Source of the DNA: Eledone cirrhosa
Taxonomy: Eukaryota
Direction of reading: 5' to 3'
Assembly: GCA_964016885.1 (NCBI GenBank)
Contig: OZ024744.1
Coordinates: 114,142,001 to 114,206,000, forward strand
DNA length: 64,000 bases
Under the pieces are notes generated by a model. That model ran no database searches and was not told the DNA's origin. It saw only the letters and a program-made list of their open reading frames with translations. Shown in pieces: positions 58,851-64,000 of the stretch; position 1 is the stretch's first letter; every line of letters starts with the position of its first letter. The translations under genes were made by a program, and so were the position numbers.

Positions 58851-59215
58851 CAGTGGTTCTCGACGGTGGGCCAAGGGCCCACTCAGTGGGCCCGGGACAA
58901 TTTTGAGTGGGCCTGGAAATTTTTTCAGACTTTCTTGGAACTTAAGATCACACAAAATTTAAATGCAGTCAGGATCATATGGGGGGTAACGTTCCAGAAT
59001 GCTCTTTGAGCACTGACCCTGGCAATTTCTAGGGAGTAAAGTGGACCGGGAGCACAAAAATTTGAGAAGCACTAGTATATATATCATGATATCATGTGGG
59101 GGTTATAGTCCGGAATAGGTTTTGAGCATTAGTTTATGCTTGTAAAATAAGTGGGCCCAGACATTTTTCGGGAGCTAAAAGTGGGCCCGGGGGTCAAAAA
59201 GGTTGAGAAACACTG
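58851..59215. mobile_element. hAT (Charlie-like) MITE, possibly composite
   Basis: CAGTGGTTCTC...GAGAAACACTG TIRs; extra internal end gagaagcacta near 59065; flanks cattatac/atttatac. Confidence 0.65.
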
Positions 59216-60102
59216 ATTTATACCTTCCAATTTTTCTTTTCTTCTTACATTTTTTGACCATCCACTTTTGGCACAAAAATCACTATGCCTAATCATGTGA
59301 CTGTCACCAACCAATAAAATTACATGATGCAATTTTGAGTTAAATTTTCTGCTGCGAAATTTGCTGTACTTAATCATGTGACTGTCATTAACCAACAAGA
59401 TTACATTTAGCAATCTGATTACAAATAGCAATCTGAGCCACTTTTTTTGTACAAAACAGAAATAATTTTCAAACTCCATTTACATGCGAGAGAAAACATT
59501 GCAGAAACACAAACCTCTCCCCTCCATCACAATTTTACTTTTGATAATCATAAGAACTATAAAATCGGTAAAGTAAATAAATATTTTTAAAAGACTCCAG
59601 TTACATTTTCAAATTCTTTTCTTTATATTTTAACCCGTTAAAAAAAAGCTTACTTTCTTATATATATATATAAATCAGGATGGATTCAGTTTGAAATTAG
59701 TTGGACCATTACTCAACAGAGTACTCGATACTTGGGGTAGTAGAGTATGGTTATATTTAAAAGAGTTGGGACCCCGATGGGTGAGCTCTAGCTGTTTCAA
59801 CAATTAGTTCCAGACTGATTGTTGAAAGCATTAGCAGTTAACTGGTTGTCTCATCAGGAGGGACTGTTTGTCCAAATAAGGGCATACATTGTTTATCCAA
59901 TTGTAAAATCTCTTCATGAAAATGGTTTTTGTTGGGGGAGTGGTTGTATGTGGTTGTGTGTATAGATATCTGGTATAGTGAGTGTATGTGTGTATGTGTG
60001 CACTTATATGTACGTCCAAGTGTATCTGCCTGGTCAGTTTTAGATAGAATAATCGTAGAGAGGGGGCAGAAATATATTTATCGAGGGTCCCAACTCTTTA
60101 TA

Positions 60103-60133
<31 letters not shown>

Positions 60134-60429
60134 ACAAATAAATATATTTATATAACAAATCAGTATAGTTGAAAGATTGTGAAATACGTGGTTATGATTG
60201 TCTTGGAACTGTCAGTACAATGTCAATTAGAAATAAAAGAGTGAACATTTATTGCCTACACCACACTCCTAACCTTGACATGAAATATGAAGTAAACCTG
60301 TATTGTTTCAGTTTGTGTGTTTTACTTTTGTCTAGTTTTCACTCCTGTGTTCCCTAACTTATATTGTACCAACGTTTCCATGGCAATCTTAACCACAGTA
60401 CAAATATAAAGAAATAATTGACGACTAAC

Positions 60430-60622
60430 TTTGTATACGTCATGTTTACTAATGATATTGTCATAGACAGTGTAAAGGTCATTGAGTAGGTTGACAACCT
60501 CCATAGGTGTACTGACTGATGACAGCTGAGTAAAACCAATTATATCAGAGAAGAATATTGTCACAGAATCATAAACCTCCGGGGTGATCTTCTCTCCCGC
60601 TTTCAGCTTGTCTGCAATGGAA
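60430..60622 (-). CDS. Guanylyl cyclase exon, start of the catalytic domain
   Basis: ccttcag|[64 protein letters not shown]|gttagt; phase 2-0. Confidence 0.97.
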
Positions 60623-60720
60623 CTGAAGGAGGGGGAGGAGAAAGAAATGTAGTAAAATATATTTCACAGTTTGTAGGAAAGTTGGTCAACAAAAACAGTT
60701 ATAATAGACAAACAATCATT

Positions 60721-62005
60721 GCTACCCAGTAATTACTACCTGGTAATTAGTAACGAGATACTAATGAGAGGCTACCCAGTAATTACTACATGGTAATTAG
60801 TAACGAGATACTAATGACAGGCTACCCAGTAATTACTACATGGTAATTAGTAACGAGATACTAATGAGAGGCTACCCAGTAATTACTACATGGTAATTAG
60901 TAACGAGATACTAATGAGAGGCTACCCAGTAATTACTACATGGTAATTAGTAACGAGATACTAATGAGAGGCTACCCAGTAATTACTACCTGGTAATTAG
61001 TAACGAGATACTAATGAGAGGCTACCCAGTAATTACTACATGGTAATTAGTAACGAGATACTAATGAGAGGCTACCCAGTAATTACTACAAGGTAATTAG
61101 TAACGAGATACTAATGAGAGGCTACTCAGTAATTACTACCTGGTAATTAGTAACGAGATACTAATGAGAGGCTACCCAGTAATTACTACCTGGTAATTAG
61201 TAACGAGATACTAATGAGAGGCTACCCAGTAATTACTACATGGTAATTAGTAACGAGATACTAATGAGAGGCTACCCAGTAATTACTACATGGTAATTAG
61301 TAACGAGATACTAATGAGAGGCTACCCAGTAATTACTACATGGTAATTAGTAACGAGATACTAATGAGAGGCTACCCAGTAATTACTACAAGGTAATTAG
61401 TAACGAGATACTAATGAGAGGCTACCCAGTAATTACTACCTGGTAATTAGTAACGAGATACTAATGAGAGGCTATCCAGTAATTACTACCTGGTAATTAG
61501 TAACGAGATACTAATGAGAGGCTACCCAGTAATTACTACCTGGTAATTAGTAACGAGATACTAATGAGAGGCTACCCAGTAATTACTACCTGGTAATTAG
61601 TAACGAGATACTAATGAGAGGCTACTCAGTAATTACTACCTGGTAATTAGTAATGAGATACTAATGAGAGGCTACCCAGTAATTACTACATGGTAATTAG
61701 TAACGAGATACTAATGACAGGCTACCCAGTAATTACTACAAGGTAATTAGTAATGAGATACTAATGAGAGGCTACCCAGTAATTACTACATGGTCATTAG
61801 TAACGAGATACTAATGAGAGGCTACCCAGTAATTACTACATGGTAATTAGTAACGAGATACTAATGAGAGGCTACCCAGTAATTACTACATGGTAATTAG
61901 TAACGAGATACTAATGAGAGGCTACTCAGTAATTACTACCTGGTAATTAGTAACGAGATACTAATGAGAGGCTACCCAGTAATTACTACATGGTAATTAG
62001 TAATG
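60721..62005. repeat. 50-bp minisatellite, about 25 copies
   Basis: Unit gctacccagtaattactacatggtaattagtaacgagatactaatgagag. Confidence 0.97.
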
Positions 62006-62147
62006 ATAGAGAGACATCTACAGTATACCTCACCTGTAATAAGAGGTAACCTGTTAATTATTATTAGTAAACTAGTAATGAGATACTAATGAAAAACGAC
62101 CTGTTAATTAGTAACAAGAGACATCTATAGTATACTTCTCCTATAAT

Positions 62148-62252
62148 TGTTTCTACTTTTGGCACAATGCCAGCAATTACCCCAGTACATTACTGCTACT
62201 TTATTTTATCGACCCCGTAAGGATGAAAGGTAAAGTTAACTTTGGCGGGATG
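62148..62252 (-). mobile_element. SINE family B fragment
   Basis: Matches 20419-20522. Confidence 0.7.
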
Positions 62253-62527
62253 TTACCTGTTAATTACTACGCCCTCTCTCTTTATCTCTCACTGACTCTC
62301 TATCAAAGAGAGGCAGTAGAACATGATCATGAGTCTCTCCTGTGTTTTAAGTTAGATTTAGTGGCTATTTCCAGCAGGTCAAGCTAGTCTCAAATGGAAT
62401 ATCTTCCATGGTCAACAAATGATTCCCAGCAATCTATAGTTTACTGTTTCTCCTTTCAACAAATATCTGGTACCCCCCCCACCAGCAACTCCCCCCCCCC
62501 CCCTAATGTTTCACTTTGTATATTTAC

Positions 62528-62668
62528 CTTGGTAACAACTGATACAACAAATTTTCTGTTTTCTTTTTCTCTTCTTCAAGGGCCTGGGTTCTCTGTTCAA
62601 CCATTGTCTCTAAGTTAGAGGTGTAGCGATCCATTTTTTTAAGAACGTTGTCCATAATATTGCCTGTA
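62528..62668 (-). CDS. Receptor guanylyl cyclase hinge / signalling-helix exon
   Basis: [46 protein letters not shown](S)|gtaaat, like NPR-type NILDNLL..MEQYANNLE..LLYQILP; the acceptor could instead put the boundary at 62663. Confidence 0.93.
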
Positions 62669-62754
62669 CTTTAATAACAAGTAGAAAACAAAACAAAGTA
62701 TTGATTACATACAAAACAAACAATTAAACAATTTAATTCCATTTCAACAATTTC

Positions 62755-64000
62755 AACAAAAAGTACCCAGTCCACCCTGTAAAGTGGTCATGTAGGTGTC
62801 ACAACAAAAGGTACCCAGTACACACAGTAATGTGGACATGTAGGTTTCACAACAAAAAGTACTCAGTCCACCCTCTAAAGTGGTCATGTAGGTATCACAA
62901 CAAAAAGTACCCAGTACACACTGTAAAGTAGTCCTGTAGGTAACATCACAAATAGTACCGACTCCACACCGTAAAGTGGTCATGTAGATATCACAACAAA
63001 AAGTACCCAGTACACACTATAAATTGGACATGTAGGTGTCACAACAAAAAGTACACGGTACACACTGTAAAGTGGTAATGTAGGTGTCATGACAAAAAGT
63101 ACCCAGTACACACTGTAAAGTGGTCCTGTAAGTGACATGACAAATAGTACCGAGTACACACTGTAAAGTGGTCATATAGGTGTCACAACAAAAATTACCC
63201 AGTACACAATGTAAAGTGGTCATGTAGGTGTCACAATTAAAAGTACCCAGTACACACTGTAAAGTGGTCATGTAGGTGTCACAACAAAAAGTACCCAGTA
63301 CACACTGTAAAGTGGTCATGTAGGTGTCACAACAAGAAGTACCCAGTACACACTGTAAAGTGGTCATGTAGGTGTCACAACAAAAAGTACTCAGTCCACA
63401 CTGTAAAGTGGTCATGTAGGTATCACAACAAAAAGTACCAATACATAATGTAAAGTAGTCAGGTAGGTCTCACAACAAAAAATACCCAGTACACACTGTA
63501 AAGTAGTCATGTAGGTGTCACAACAAAAAGAACCCAGCACACACAGTAAAGTAGTCATGTAGGCATCACAACAAGAGGTACACAGTACACACTGTAAAGT
63601 GATCATGTAGGTGTCATGACAAAAAGTACCCAGTTCATACTGTAAAGTGGCCATATAGGTGTCACAACAAAAAGTACCCAGTACACTCTGTAGAGTGGTC
63701 ATGTAGGCATCACAATAAAACATACACAGTACACACTGTAAAGTGGTCATGTAGGTTTCACAACAAAAAATACCCTGTACACACCGTGAAGTGATCATGT
63801 AGGTTTCAGGACAAAAAGTAATCAACACACACTGTAATGTGGTCATGTAGGTCACGCAACAAAAAGTACATGGTCCACATTGTAAAATGGTCATGAAGGT
63901 GTCATGACAAAAAGTACCCAGTACACACTGTAACGTGGTCGTGTAGGTATGACAACAAAAAGTATCCAGTAGACACTGTAAAATGGTCATGTCAGTGTCA
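62755..64000. repeat. Second 48-bp satellite (diverged), running off the window
   Basis: Unit ctgtaaagtggtcatgtaggtgtcacaacaaaaagtacccagtacaca. Confidence 0.95.

Overview
Repeat-dense eukaryotic (animal) DNA; the SINE, RTE and microsatellite make-up resembles an octopod cephalopod genome (inference). The one host gene is the 3' part of a receptor-type guanylyl cyclase on the minus strand. Six confident exons (62528-62668, 60430-60622, 55221-55410, 53336-53419, 49241-49335, 31378-31454) splice in frame into the signalling helix and a complete cyclase domain, and two probable C-terminal exons lie about 27 kb further on (4082-4129, 3651-3717). The introns hold RTE, Tx1/L1-like and Penelope-like (PLE) retroelements, SINEs, a Helitron, MITEs, a probable solo LTR and about ten satellite arrays. 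Two patterns stand out. (1) Several satellites visibly grew out of parts of retroelements: a 48-bp module of the RTE/SINE 3' tail, a PLE RT-endonuclease linker, and probably a GIY-YIG coding fragment. (2) Eight hammerhead-ribozyme motifs of three families are present, including PLE pLTRs arranged as fold-back palindromes, several sense to the cyclase pre-mRNA. Most ORFs in the supplied track are repeat artefacts. All coordinates were read by hand; repeat edges are approximate.
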